64,000 nucleotides of DNA from Phoronis australis (taxonomy: Eukaryota > Animalia > Phoronida), in the NCBI GenBank assembly GCA_002633005.1, contig NMRA01000002.1, forward strand, positions 765,278 through 829,277, written 5' to 3'. Positions 1-13,522 of this stretch are shown one piece after another; the stretch's first letter is position 1, and each line of letters begins with the position of its first letter. The translations under genes and the position numbers were made by a program. The notes below the pieces were generated by a model that was given only the letters and a program-made list of their open reading frames with translations, did not search any database and was not told where the DNA came from.

Positions 1-281
1 TCATCGTTTTACACCAATAAATCATCAAACTTCGATGTAAAACCCTTAAAAATACACCGAGTTCGTATAAAAACGTGTTGTTTTATTTCGCTGTTACGGA
101 TTTATTGGTATTTGGACAGGGCCGTAGCCTACAACGGCTCGGCATTCCAATAAGGTCCGTAGCAGGAGTTTGGGGTCTTTTCGGAGATAAATTCGAAGTA
201 TTTTTCCGTGAGATACGGACAGGAGAACCTAGTCTGTGTTGTTTAGAATTGTGATTTTTTGAGTTCTAAACACGCAAAACG

Positions 282-370
282 CTCGTTATCCTGGCCAGTG
301 GCTCGGAGCCCGGTCAGGCCCGTCGCGGTCGGCCGGATTGACTCGTTATCCCGACCAGTGGCTCGGAAAC
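282..370. repeat. Short direct repeat, ~60-bp period
   Basis: ctcgttatcctggccagtggctcggag (282) and ctcgttatcccgaccagtggctcggaa (342). Confidence 0.8.
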
Positions 371-554
371 TGATCAGACATCACGAACATAAACCAGCCA
401 AAGCTGGAAACTAAACTTCTAGTCAGGAAAATACTATACTAGTGAGCCAAAGTAATGTGCACGTGATTATGTTGGTGAATTAGCCACGAAACTGCAAATC
501 TACTTACTCGTCGGGCCGCGAATTCAGATTCCGCTTTGTCCACAGCACCGTCAG

Positions 555-802
555 CATGCTCACGCCCACCTTCAATATGGGGGGGGGGGCTCGAATTTCT
601 GACGTTGTGGACCTTTTGGTAACAAAAAAGCGGGTGAGCTAAAAAAAACGGGGCACCACTGTGAACTGCGCGATTGTGCTTATTTAGAGGACTTTATCTC
701 ATTTTCTCGGACTTTTTGTTTCCCAGAGGCGGACCTTTTTGTCCACTTCGCCACTTTGCCCTAGCTCGTTCGAGCCCCCGAGCCCCCCTGGGTGCCCGCA
801 TG
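555..802. mobile_element. Non-autonomous TIR element (MITE) with CATG termini and 5-bp TSD, hAT5-like
   Basis: Ends catgctcacgccca...ggggggctcg / cgagcccccctgggtgcccgcatg; identical GTCAG at 550-554 and 803-807; right arm recurs inverted at 28525. Confidence 0.75.
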
Positions 803-1194
803 GTCAGGGCAGAAGCTGTACATTGACAATCATTATTTGAATAATGTAAATATACATAAAGATTCCAGACGACTTTAACATTTACTTTTGAAATCACTTT
901 TGATTATCCGTTAAAATGCGCTAAAACAGTTGTCCCTTCCTGGTTATCTCTTCCTGATATAAGCAAGGAGTGTAGTACAATCGGAGTGTTCACCCTAGCG
1001 ACGAATAAGCAACACTAATTTATCGGCGGAGTCCGAACCACGTGAACACTGATAAATTGATTTTAATGACGTTTGACGTGAAATGAAATTACTGTGTGGT
1101 TGAAATTGCGTACAATACGTAAACTAACATCCACCTATAATCGAATGTGTGTTTTAATCAATATTAAAATGTAATTGCTTTCATTCTCTTGAAT

Positions 1195-2030
1195 CTCCCT
1201 TCAAAAGCCACCATGGTTTTATTTCATGTTCGAGTTCTTAAGAAGGCAAATTACCGTTTCTTATAACTTTTGATACCTCCATGACTACATAATTTAGTGA
1301 TTACTCCTGGAGGGGGCAGTTGCCTCCACGTGCAAAGGGGGAACAACGGAGGAGTGCAAACCAGGTAAAAACCAGGTGGGCGCCAAATGGGTGTTGACTC
1401 CCTCTCAGGTAGGGGTACATCGGAGGAGTGCTAAACAGGTAAAAACCAATTGGGTATGCCACATGAGTGTTGAGCCCCTCCCATCGTCACAAATTTTGGT
1501 TGCTCCCCTCACCACTTACAACATGTCCTGAGGTGGTGATAAAATTTGGCCCTTGTTTTGTGGATGACCCCAAGGACTTTTGCTCCCTTCAAAATCCACC
1601 ATGGTTTTATTTCATGTTTGAATTTTTAATAAGGCAAATTACCGTTCCTAATTACATTTCATACCTCCATGGACTACATAACTTTAGTGATTACTCTTGG
1701 GGGTTCTGGAGGCAGATGCTCCAAGGTGCCAGGAAGGGGGTACATGAGAGGATTACAAAACAGGTAAAAACCAGGTGGGCGCCAAATGGGTGTTGACGCC
1801 CTCCCAGGGGGTACATTGGAGGAGGGCTTAACAGGTCAAACTAGGTGGGCGCCAAATGGGTGTTGACGGCCTCCCAGGGGAGTGCACGGGAAGAGTGCAA
1901 AACAGATAAAAACCAAGGGATGTGCCATATTGGTGTCGAGCTCCTCCCATCGTCACACGTTTTTGTTGCTAGATCCCTCTGACCATTGAGAGCATGTGCT
2001 GAGGTGGTGATAAGATTTGGCCCCGAGGAC
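1195..2030. repeat. Tandem duplication (~390-bp unit) containing ~65-70-bp subrepeats
   Basis: ctcccttcaaaa.ccaccatggttttatttcatgtt at 1195 and 1583; core aggtgggcgccaaatgggtgttgac at ~1374, ~1773, ~1843. Confidence 0.9.
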
Positions 2031-2726
2031 ATTTTGTAATGACCGGTGTCCATGCCCCTGTGGTTATGTTAGTACTACCCTGGGTATTTTCCAACTTTTT
2101 ATTACGTGTGCTACCAGCAATTTCGCGTGTGTTCCCTATTCAATGCACCAGGCTACTGGCAATGGGCGTTACACAAGTAAGAACAAAGCAAGACAATTCA
2201 TCACTGCCAAAACATTGTAATCTTATGCACTCTCACATATAATTCTAGAACATTCCATTATTGCTTAGAGACATGCCAGTACACGGTAAACTCCCCACTA
2301 CAATCACCAATAGTTACAAATCAGTTGCTAATCTGTAGAATGGCTCACAACTTACAAAACGTAATAGCATTAAGTATATCATCACTCATAACTAGTTAAA
2401 ATGGCAAAATGTCAGAGGTACTGAACATCAATCAAAATATTCACTACCCACACAACTTTATACAAAACTGAACTAAAAAGACTTGGATGACAAGACCAAA
2501 ATTCAATTTCATATACCCACTGTTCCTCTTATCAATAACAGTAAATATTTCAGGTAAGTTACAGCCAGACCAGGAGATCATATCTATTACCCAGCCACAA
2601 CTGGGGCTTATATTAATCACAATCTCCAAATACCTACAAAACAGGCAACACATATACCAAGAGAACAAGAAAATCTGACCAACTTTCTCATACTCAAGGG
2701 ACTTTTTTCTCTGGAAATGTTAATTT

Positions 2727-2905
2727 TTAAATAAAATTCTGTTTGATGGTTTGTTTCAAATATTTTATCCTAGGTTTGATCAAAATTTCAGATCTCCATT
2801 TAGACTCTGAAAGATCCATCAGTTTCACTTTGGCTCTCTCCAAATCACAGGCTAACCTTTTATAAAAAGTTTCAATCTGATCAACCTTAGACATGAAAAC
2901 AAATC
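2727..2905 (-). mobile_element. Possible LINE ORF2 C-terminal fragment
   Basis: ESKWRSEILIKPRIKYLKQTIKQNF resembles the WxxxIxxKPKLRTYxxFKxxF post-RT region; weak match. Confidence 0.3.
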
Positions 2906-3129
2906 TATTCAAGAGCCGTAATATACAAAGTCTCCGGAGAACTTTTTGACATTTTCATTTTTGGTGAATTCAGGTCATCAAATATTGTTGGCACTGCATT
3001 CCATACCACCTTGTTCTTCATACGAGCATTCATGAACATGGACTCCTCGAAGTAACGAGAGCATAACTTGCAGTTCTTGGACAAGTAGGCTGCATCTCTA
3101 TTCATAAGGTTGGCTCCCTGTGTTTGCAC
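2905..3129 (-). pseudogene. Decayed THAP-domain exon (THAP12/PRKRIR-like, hAT-associated)
   Basis: NLMNRDAAYLSKNCKLCSRYFEESMF...VWNAVPTIFD matches the THAP LCxxHF...AVPTIF motif; preceded by acceptor ttactgttag|G TGC AAA. Confidence 0.8.
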
Positions 3130-3950
3130 CTAACAGTAAGAAACCTCATACTCACCAGGCTCATAGAAGACTGGTAGCCTACACTACACTGCACTGCAGT
3201 AGACCTGTCGTACTGTGCCTGTGATAGCTACAAAACAATCTTCATGTCAACTAAAAAAACTAGTATTCAATTGTGGATCCAGAGATATTTTTGGAGCGGC
3301 GCTCCGCACTATTGCCTTATAGAATTAAGTTTTCATTGACACACTGGTGTTGCTTAAATTGGGCCAACTGGCACATTAAAATGATATCGACTGCTTTTAA
3401 CCGAGACCCACAGATTCTCTAACTTGACTCATAGATTGATTTGAGGCCCCGTATCTCTGATTGTGGCCGTGTCACCGGTCATATTCACCCATGGCCACAG
3501 GTACGTTTTTCTAAATTTATCCCTGCGATCGTTCGGGTGACTTACATGTTGACGTTTTGATTTGGAATACATGGACTGCAAATATCCAAAAAACTGACGA
3601 TCACTCATAGTCCTTCCGCCGGCAGCCCCGCTGTGCAATAGGCCTAGCCCACAATGCAGACGACAGTGGCAACGGGACTGCGATCGACTCGTCTTCCGGC
3701 CGTGAACAGAACACACAAAATGAAAGACAATGTATCATATTATTGAATTACAAATAACACTTACATTTCTGGAACTTTAGGAAACGTAAAAAATACAGTT
3801 CTGGTGTTTCCGAGGACGAATTTGTGCAAGTTTATTGCGCTGCAAAAGGCGCCTTTATTCGGCATTGTGCTCCCGCTTCGTACTTGACCGTTGCTTATTC
3901 GCTACTTGGTGGCGGTAGTTGTAGTGACAACAGCGAACTCGCCAGTGAAC

Positions 3951-4080
3951 ACTCCTAGTGTATTACTTTCCTTGAAATAAGTCGGGTTCGAGTTCCGGTT
4001 GTGGCAGAAATCTTTTCAGACTTATATTCATTAGGTCACGTGTTGTGGCCACTGGAGGAGTGCTGACCAGACTTTAAATA
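3951..4080 (+). mobile_element. Degenerate tRNA-derived SINE
   Basis: B-box-like gggttcgagttcc at ~3984 with a degenerate A box (cctagtg) upstream. Confidence 0.45.
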
Positions 4081-4149
4081 TTTGCGAAATTAAACTTCGA
4101 ATAAAAACAACAACTTTTCTAAAATGTAGCGAAATGTTTCGGAGTTAAA

Positions 4150-5710
4150 ATAACCCCCATTGTCAAGTTTTATTTAGAGAATGGATTTATAGATGACTAC
4201 AGGTATAATGCACTGAAAATTCCAAAGCAAGCAAAAATACCAGAGCAAGATTGGCTAGCAATCAGCGAATAATGTAACTGGGTGTAACATTGTCAATAAC
4301 TCACGGGAGACCCGTGCATCAGGGCGTTTCCAAACACTGACTGTGAATGGCTTCACGCCGCAGTTTCAAGGAATTGTTCTAAAATCCCCTAGACCCCAAC
4401 GCACCCCTCGACCCACGACCCCTTTGACCCACGACCTCCTCGACCCACGACCTGTGACAATAGAAGTATTTTTGCGCTTTTTACATATTTCATAATCTTA
4501 ATACGTCGCTGAATGAGTTTCCTTGAAGACGTGATGGAACAGAGTGGTCAACGATCATTGGCCTAGCAGATTTTTGCGAAAATAAAAGCAAAAGAAAAGC
4601 ACATTCACGTTTGAAAATTGAAGACTTTATAAAAAAGCTTCGAACAACTTTTGAAGTCTTGCCCGAGATAAAATCAGTGTAATTCTCAGTTGAACATTGG
4701 GCATTTCATCATGATTCATGCTTCATTGTCGCCGATTTTGTCTCGTGTAAGTATTCACTGTCAGGTATGGGACTGTCGTTAAAGGCGTGTAATGCATTTT
4801 ACGCCTTTTGAAAAATAATCTTGCATGGGCGGCGCACCATAGGAAGCTGGGGGCTATAGCCTCACTTATTTCAGTGCTGCACAGCCCATGTCTTGATGGA
4901 ATAAATTCGAATTTTAAGTTGTTACAGACGAACACATTAGTGTACTCTCTGACTCCGCACAGCAGGCGTGCGTTCAGTAACGCTAGGACCTAGCTAAAAT
5001 CTAGACAAAGTCACGTGTTCTCATTTAAAATACACGACAATATCTCGTGTAATCTCGAAGTCTTGCTCTTTAGAGAGGTCCTAGCGTTACTGAGACAGGC
5101 CTCATGCAGACAGAGCGCGTGCTAACCTTACTGGCCAGCTGCAATGGCGGTTTGATGCACCAAACTAAAAAATGGTCCTGCCCTGCTACGAGACGAAAGG
5201 AACATCGGCCTGTTGTTGGTGCTTTGGAGGTCCGTCTGCCGTTTCTCTCAGAAAAGGTGCGCTGTTCGTTTGAAGCGTGTGACTGTCTGCTGCCAGTTGT
5301 GCTGGTTTGTACAGCTGTACAGACCCAGCGAAGCCGAAGGTGAGTCGATAACCTGACGGAGCCGAACCCGGCTGTGGGTCGAGGGGATTGTAGGTCGAGG
5401 GGGTCGTGGGTCGAAGGGTTTTTAGAACAATCCAGTTTCAATCGATAGCGATTACTATCGCTGTCAATAATCGTGAAGCTGTGTTCCACAGCGGCCTCTC
5501 TATAAGCAGCATTGTTTTCCAAGTGTCCTTTTAGTCAAGTGGCGAAGTGTCTCATCCCTTGAGTCGTTGACACTGTTACACTGAGTTGCGATGCGCTGAT
5601 TGCTAACCAACCCTGTTCTTATATTTGTGCTTGTTTTGGAATTTTCAGTGTATTGTACCTGTAGCCATTCAGGCACACACTCTCTGAATAAAGCTTGAAA
5701 ATAGTGGTTG
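4150..5710. mobile_element. Foldback/long-TIR non-autonomous element
   Basis: 4160-4310 is a diverged reverse complement of 5550-5700; cgacccacgacccc arrays at 4400-4452 are mirrored at 5375-5432. Confidence 0.75.
4972..5093. mobile_element. ~125-bp MITE (TIR cagtaacgctaggacct), copy 1, nested in the foldback element
   Basis: cagtaacgctaggacct...aggtcctagcgttactg; homologous to copies at 42414 and 62372. Confidence 0.85.
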
Positions 5711-5927
5711 TTTTACCGCTAAATTTTAGAATATTTGTTGTCTTTAGTCAAACTTCACTCATTATGTTCTTCAGTGCGAGATCTTTCGGTGAAATTGAAC
5801 TTATGTTGAGATGTTGAATCTTTTAAGTAATCCACAGAGAAATAACGAAAGCACGCAGTCACAAGTCTGGTGTAAAATGAGTTTCACATTTTTGAGATAC
5901 ATTGCTCAACCTACGTTTGTAAGTATA

Positions 5928-7316
5928 GACCTAATTCACGCGGCGGACATTAAAATCCAAAGCGAGGCTCACTGCGATAAACAAAGCGGAAGTTGACATT
6001 GCGCGAGTTAAGTGGCCGGTCTGTCGAGTCCAACCTGGATATCAAATCTTAAAAATGTGTCGAAAGTTAACCACAGAGACGTAGAAAATACATTAGAGAA
6101 CAAGTTAATGCACCAAACAGAAAACTATAGGTTCGAAACATGAACAGTAAATATGACCAAATTGCTGCGATCGTAATGTTACGGATTAGTCATCATGCTG
6201 AATGCATGGTTACGTTTCTTCTTGTAAATTATTGATAAAAATGCTTTCTATACAAACCAGGTCACCTGCTCGTATTGTTGACGAGTTGAAGATATATTCG
6301 ACAGTGGCGGCTCATAGCATTTTGCTGTCATGTGCAGTAAGTCACATCTGGTTTATTTTGTTGATCAAGAATATTAACATCAAGCATAGCCTGATCCTGG
6401 TGAGGTAGGGACTACTGGGACTGACAGTTGATTTGTCATTAATCTGAAAGAATAATTGATGTTATTAAATATATTTTTTATTAAAACAAAAACCAGGCTC
6501 GTAATTGAATATAAAAATTATTGGACCATCAATTCTGCTTTCTTAATAATTCTTACGTCTATTTCATGTGTTAGGTTTCAAATATCAATCTGGACCAAGT
6601 TGAATTTTAAAATTAAAACACCTAATTCGAGTCGTTCGTCCAAAGCATAACCTCGTTTTAGAACTCAGTTTCAGTTAACTGGACAGAGCAATTATACTTA
6701 TCATGTTTCTCCAGGAGCCTCGTTCATCCGAGGGGAATGGTGCCTGTGCTTTCTGAAAGGGTATTTTTTCGACGAGTGCGGGGAAAATCATACCTCCCGA
6801 TCACCATCGATAGCAACCCCGCCCTGTTGCAAGCTCTCATAGGCTCTGTCTCAATATAAAGTAGCATTTTGTGCTCTTTCAAATTTTCACCTGTGTGGTT
6901 ACAGGTAACTTCATCTTCAGAGAGAAATTTTCTTTCAAATAAGAGCCCCAAAATCGAGGTATTAAAGGCACTGTCCTTTTTGGAAAGAAAAATGCATCAT
7001 GTAGTCATGAAAACCCAGCCTGGCTGGCCGAAGATTCTCTGGTCGTTGCTATGATGCTTGGCTATCGAGATGTGACAAAATATGATCTATACATTTATAA
7101 ATTTTACACAGGCATATTTTCGTTCGTCGCGGCGTATGGCAACGACCCAACGCTTCCTAATCTCGACGGCCTTAGGGATTGTAAAGCAGACAGTTCAGTA
7201 TCCGTATTTTTTCTAGCCGTTCGAGCAACGCGAAATACAACTATGCCGATAAGCTAACAGAGCTGTCGCAGCGAGCCTCGGTTTGGAACGCACCTCCAGT
7301 CGGCGTGAATTAGGCC
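5928..7316. mobile_element. Non-autonomous TIR element (~55-bp TIRs, TA/TATA flanks)
   Basis: gacctaattcacg...ccaaagcgaggctcactgcga versus tcgcagcgagcctcggtttgg...cgtgaattaggcc; TATA on both sides. Confidence 0.7.
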
Positions 7317-8917
7317 TATATTCCCATCGACGCTTCTGCTCATCGTAATGCTCTCATGCAACTCCTGTTTTGCGCACATCAATTTAGTCTACTAGGACTA
7401 CTTTTTCGGATTGCTTGCGTTTTGATTGCTCCCACAGCACAATTTCTACGCGTGAGTTTCATCGGATATTATCACTGCACTTTTTTTCTTTACTTTAGTT
7501 TTGATTACACTTGGGTATTCTTTCACAGCTGCAACTCAGGCTAACAAAACGGCTCACGGAATATTAAGCTCCGTTTACTGAAATACGAACTCTTGCCCGC
7601 ACACACCAAACACAGCTTACGCACCCTAAAACACGGCTCTTGGACAGTCAACACAGCTCACGGACTCTTAACTAAGACATGCACGTGATTCATCGCCATC
7701 ATTAATGAACCGGGATTTTAACGAAATTTCCAAGAGGTTTTGCCAATGTCATAAATCTGAGAGAAGTGTAGGATTTGTTTCCTCACATGAACCGTAAAAA
7801 CGATCTTTTTTGCCGAAAAACTCGACGTGTCTTAAACTTTCAACCACATGACGCAAGTTTTGTAAAAACACGCTTGCGCAATGTAAAGTAATTCAGCTAC
7901 TTTTTGTTAACTGTTTTATTTTAAGCTTAACAATTGTAAATTGCATTCAAATTTCGTAGCAAATACTCAAGTTAGAATCTAATAAATAGTCTTTGAAGTT
8001 ATAATGTTAAAACTTAAAAAATGTTTTTCAATAATATTCAGCAAGTCTTCCCCGCGTGTGAGCACTGAATTGACCTTGACCCAGCACAGCTAGACAGTCT
8101 CGCCGCGCTTCTTGAGTTGGGGCTAGTCTCCGTTTGTGTGGATATGGAATTCGCGGCCGGAGATGAGTCCGTTTAAAAAGTTGTTTGCACGTCTTTCCGA
8201 CTGAGGTACGTACAGGTGGGATACCCGATTTGTCAATCATAACCTTGTCACCTCGGCATTCCGGCATTGTTTGGTTGGCGCACGTTTGGTTGTTCTAGTG
8301 TTTTGCAGACGATAAAATGTAAGGCGTATGGATGTCTACTTTGCGCTACTTTGTGATTCGCCCATGTAATATCAAAAAATTACTTACTTGGTGTAATTTA
8401 CCAGTCGTATCGTAACACATTTCAGGTCTTGTGAGAAACAGTGTTTCGAGAGCCCTATTATGGAACGCTAACGTGTTCGGAGGAGGCGCAAATTGCACTC
8501 GTTCGTACGAATGTGATATTCTCGTCAATCTGACTCTTTCAAAGAACTCAAGTTTGTGCGCGGCGTCACGCTGGGATTGCAACTCTTTATTTTCATAAAC
8601 GTATGGTTTAGATAAACGAGGGTGAACAGAATCGAAACAGACTTAAAAATGAAATAGCACGTGACTTCAAAACGTGCGACTGTTTCATAAAATTTGTTTC
8701 AGGCATTTGGAATTGTAGCTTGCCGACAACAGACGACAATGTGGGCATTTCCTTGAAATATTGCGTGTACAATTACAAAATAAAACGCTCATAAATGTTT
8801 TCATTACAATACATGTTTGACTTCAAAGTTTAAAACGTTTCGTTTTTTATCGTTTTTGTGTTGGAATGTTGTTTATCATAGCAATGAGTCACTCCTTGGA
8901 TAATCCAGTTCACTGAA

Positions 8918-10202
8918 GTCTGCTAACTCAGCTTGTCCGGAACCCGCTTTGTTATAGCCCTGTTGGTTGTATGGTGTACGCACTTGGTACTTTATATGGA
9001 TATTTGCCCATTTGACAGTTTGTATCCATTTGGTACTTATTGAATTTGCCGTTTTACTGGACCCACTTGGTAGGCCATCGGCCAATACCCATTTGGTATT
9101 AAGTACTCATTTGGTACTATACTAACCCGTGCCATTTAGTATCCGATACTCATTTACACATTGGGTATCGCAAATAAAATGTGTGTGTTATCTCTTGTAA
9201 TTAAGGTACCCATCTGGTACCTTCTGTGAAATAATTGTTTGTAGAGCTGTGACCCTGAAAGACCCAATGCAACCTAAAATGTATATTATTCTTGTGTTGT
9301 TTTATTTTTCCCCAATAATGAGATTGATGGCACTCTGACATAAATCCCATTATTTGGGCAAATACTATTCTACAGCCCTTCAAGCTTCATATCCAACTCC
9401 TAGTTAGTTCCTATCTAATCCGATAGTAGCGCTCGTGTTCTTTGTTTGCATCTTCTGGTTGGCCCAGCCTCAAGCAACATTCATTCGTACTAGTTTTTCC
9501 CAATGAGACAATTTTATACCTATCCCACCTCCCTACCCTGGGTTAACCAAAATTTCCTGCTGCAATTAAAGAGTTTTAAACCTATCCCACCCTCCTACCC
9601 TGTGTCGAACAAAATCTGCTGCTGGTTATTGTTATTACAGTCACTGCTGGTACCTCCTTCAAGCCCGGAGCGTGTTCAGTCAAGCAAGAAAAGACTTCAC
9701 TACAGATTGCCTCTCTCCACCCCGGTCACAGTTCTCAGGACATACTGAGCCACAACACCACATTCCTTACAATGTCTCTTTTTGTCCGACTGGTCTGCTC
9801 AGCCAGCTTGTCCGGAACCTGCTTTGCCAGGTTGTTATAGCCCAATTGGCTGTTTGGTGTACCCACTTGTTTCTTTATATGATATCTGCCCATTTTGCAG
9901 GTTGTACCCATTTCGTACTTGTTATTGAATTTGCCGTTTTGCTCGACCGACTTGGTAGGCAATCGGCCAATACCCATTTGGTATTATATACCCATTTGGT
10001 ACTATACTAATCAGTGCCACTTAGTATCCGATACTCAATTACACATTGAGTATCGCAAATGTGTGTGTAATCTCTTACAATTAAGGTACCCATTCGGTAC
10101 CTTCTGTTAGATAATCATTTTAGAGCTGTGACCCTGAAATTCACAATACAACCTAAAATACATATTATTCTTGTGTTGTTTAATTTGTCCCCAATGATCG
10201 AG
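8918..10202. repeat. Two ~405-bp direct repeats (8918-9322, 9793-10202) rich in TACCCATTTGGTA, with a 63-bp tandem in the spacer
   Basis: Colinear alignment from cagcttgtccggaacc to ccccaat; acctatcccacc..cctaccctg duplicated at ~9517 and ~9580. Confidence 0.9.
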
Positions 10203-13200
10203 TTCGCTGAAGTCATTACTTAGTAGAATGCATAGATTTAGTTTGCTCTTGTGGTTGCAGTCACAAAAGCATTTCTCAATAGATGGGGTACTATACAGGT
10301 GTATTTTTCAACATCGACCAATAGAAATGTTAACTGCTATTTTCGAAACAATCGTATTTTCCGAATGTTACTTCGTTCTGCTAACCAACGACGCTACCTT
10401 TTGTAACTCTGGGAAAATTGTACCTTTTTACCAGCAAGATACGTGGCTCTCAAAATAAAGAATGCACTGGAACGCACCAGGTTGCACCTGTAAACAGATT
10501 TTTGATAAGAGTTAACTGTACATCAGGTTTCAGAAAGACATTGCGAATGATGACGCGTACGGCTTTGGAAGCCATGTTACTACTGAAGCCCACACGTCCG
10601 CAAATATGAAATACCTCTGAGGCCTAATTTGAGGCTACGAAAACACCCGGTGTTCCGGACGGACAGTATCATCACGTATGAAGGATATTATCCCCTAATA
10701 CGAGCCTGGATAGTAAATAACTACCAGGTAGTAACCCACACAGTTAAATCCCACCGATTTGGCGGGAAAACATGTTGGGCATGTTACGATGTTCTACACG
10801 CTCGGGGTGTGGTTGAATCTTTTCATTTTCGTTTTGTAGCGTTTAATGCTCAAAAGGAGAACATGAAGTTTTGCATCCTCGTCAGTTATTCTTGGATTTT
10901 TAGGAATTACCCACAACTCCATCAAATATGCAGTAGGGGCCTAGATGCGGGAAATAACATTCTCGCCATTTAAGAATTTACATTTATTTCAAAACGTCGA
11001 GGAACAGGAATTTTTTTCTCTACATATGGGTTCTCTTCAATTGATGACGTAGGTGAGAAAGAAATCTGTCAGTAGACAAGGAGTTGTGGGAGTTCTATTA
11101 GGTCTTTTACTCTCATAAAATCGATCTCGTAATATTTTTTACCATGATACATGTAGCATGCTACTTCCGTAACCAACATGAACAAAGATCGAAAACATCA
11201 GACTCGAGCGGAAAACGCTTTAGAGTTTAGTGGGGTTTGATAACCCTGAAATTCAAAAATGGCGCAGGCACGTATTGCCTGCGACTTATGTTGGAAACAG
11301 AACCGCGCTAAAGAATACTATGAGTCCGATTTTACTAGACTGTGTAAAATACGTCACCTTAACAGGGCAAAACGCAACTATAACCATAGCTAATAACGTT
11401 GTTGACCCAAGTTTACTGTTGCGTTGTGCTGATAGGGCTACAGATCAATGCGGTGAAAACTCACTCTTCTTCAATTTGTAAGAACCAAGTGTACCTCAGT
11501 CTACCAGAACAACGGTGCACGTACACGTTAATACGAGTCTGCGAACCGTGATTTTTGGCTGCCGTGCCTAAGCACTACATGTATTTTGTCAGAACAGACT
11601 CGAGTTGGATAGTCATTGAATAAAATCTATTGGTCCTTGTCCCGGGTTCATAAGTAAGGAGCTATGCTCATAAGTGCGCTAGCAGTGTTGTTCGGGTAGC
11701 CTGTATCCGAAAGGCACATGAACGCCCGTGATCATCATTTACGCATTATTATTCGTCGATTGCTTTGTAATACCCTCTGTAACCACGGAATCGAATTAGG
11801 ATTTGTTTTGATACTTGTCATCAATCACTATTTAGTTTTCAACAAACGCTAACAATAGTTGCTCAAAACTGGGAACCGCATTACAGAAGTTATACGTTAA
11901 GCATGCATTATATAAAAACGTAATCAATACATTATCTGTCGGCATCGTGAAACAGTGCGGTGAAAAGTCTCGGCAAAATCATGTGGTCCTCATGGTTACA
12001 TTTAAGAAATTGATATTAGCACTTACTGTTCAGGCGGATTTGATGAAGGCCCATGGGGATCAAAACAAAACAAAATGGTGAGGCCTAGTGATTTTATGGT
12101 TGTGGCAAACGTCCGCCCCTTAGACATCCCTCTCGAAACAGTTTAGATCCACCAGTGATGTCATACGCGTGTTGCGGGGTAGATTTAACAGACAATAAAA
12201 ACACAGCTGGATTCTATGAAAACATTGTACACTGTTGTGTTCTCAGTTTGAAGCGGCTTTAAACCCTTGTTGTCAAAGTTTTGATTTTGGCCACTTGCAG
12301 TTATGAAATTGGTGCCATATCGTTCTTTACTGAAAACAAGTGTGATATCTTGCATATCGTTATTTCTTCAACTGAGCTCATGAAATTTCAGGTCACAGCC
12401 CTCAGCTGATTTCTGAACTGAGTAAGGAACTCCTAGGTAAGGAACAAGACAAGGCGGAGTGGCTTAGTAGTAAATCAAAATGACAGCAGGCACGGAAAGC
12501 GCCGTTTTAATTTTAATCTGAAAAGAACTTAGATCTGTATACCATTAGTTTCCAGCCTTAGACCTGAGCAGTTCAAACTGAAAAACACAAGGGTTTTTTA
12601 AAATAGTTTCCGATATTAGTGTCGCCAAACTGTGGCGCAATCGTGGGCTTCATACATTTAGGGTCACTTGCTTAGACTGGGAAGGAACGGCAGTCGTACA
12701 GTCAGCGAGTGTGCTGTGTATTGTTGAAGATAGATTTTACAGGTGAATTCATATCATTAATAAAGCAGTGCCAAGCGACGCATAACATATGCACTCGCCA
12801 ATTCCACATAAAAGCGTTTTCATCACTGTCAGGTTTAAGCGAATTATCGTATCAAAGGTAGCCAGTTACGTATACGGAGCAACGCGCACTATAAAACAGG
12901 ATGCTAAGGCACAAACACTATTACAGTAAGGCTTCAGTAGTTAGTGATGCATGATCAACCGGAGTTGTGTGAATCACATGGTGCGTGAAAGTTACCAAGC
13001 AAGTGTGGCCTAGCGGCTTAGTGTAGCCTAGACGGGGATTTACAGGTAAATGTAATTGAAAAAAGTATTTGATTTTGTTGAAGCTCAAAACGTATTCTAG
13101 CAACCAAATTTAAAGGTATAGGGATTAAAGCTGCCGGAAGATTTGCAGGGATGATGAAGAAATCGCATATTTCACTTCACCGAGGTAAATACCACCTTGA

Positions 13201-13522
13201 ATAAAGAAAACGTACACTTGTCCCGTTACGCAGCCCTAGAGTAATAAAATTTATAGAAACCAGAAAGTTCTCTGTACAACGACTCGTCAAGGTTTCACTG
13301 GTATACCGCGACGTTGACTTGCGACCATTAACAACGTTCTACAGGGGAGAGAATGGGAGAGTAATAGTAAATCGTAAAGTTGAGTAACGAGTTGAATTAT
13401 TGATAAACAATTTTTCCGAACTCCTTTCAATGTGCTGTCAACGTTTCCAATAAACATATATAAAGGGACTCTTCTCCGCTGTTTTGGTGTCAATGTTGAA
13501 CTCTTAAGTGAAGCGCATTGAA

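Noticed and set aside
1363-1960. CRISPR-like regularly spaced repeats
   Set aside because: The intervening segments are homologous to each other, the context is eukaryotic and there are no cas genes; it is a tandem repeat
5070-5522. 150-aa ORF, the longest gap-free ORF in the track
   Set aside because: Overlaps foldback arm and MITE sequence; no recognisable motif
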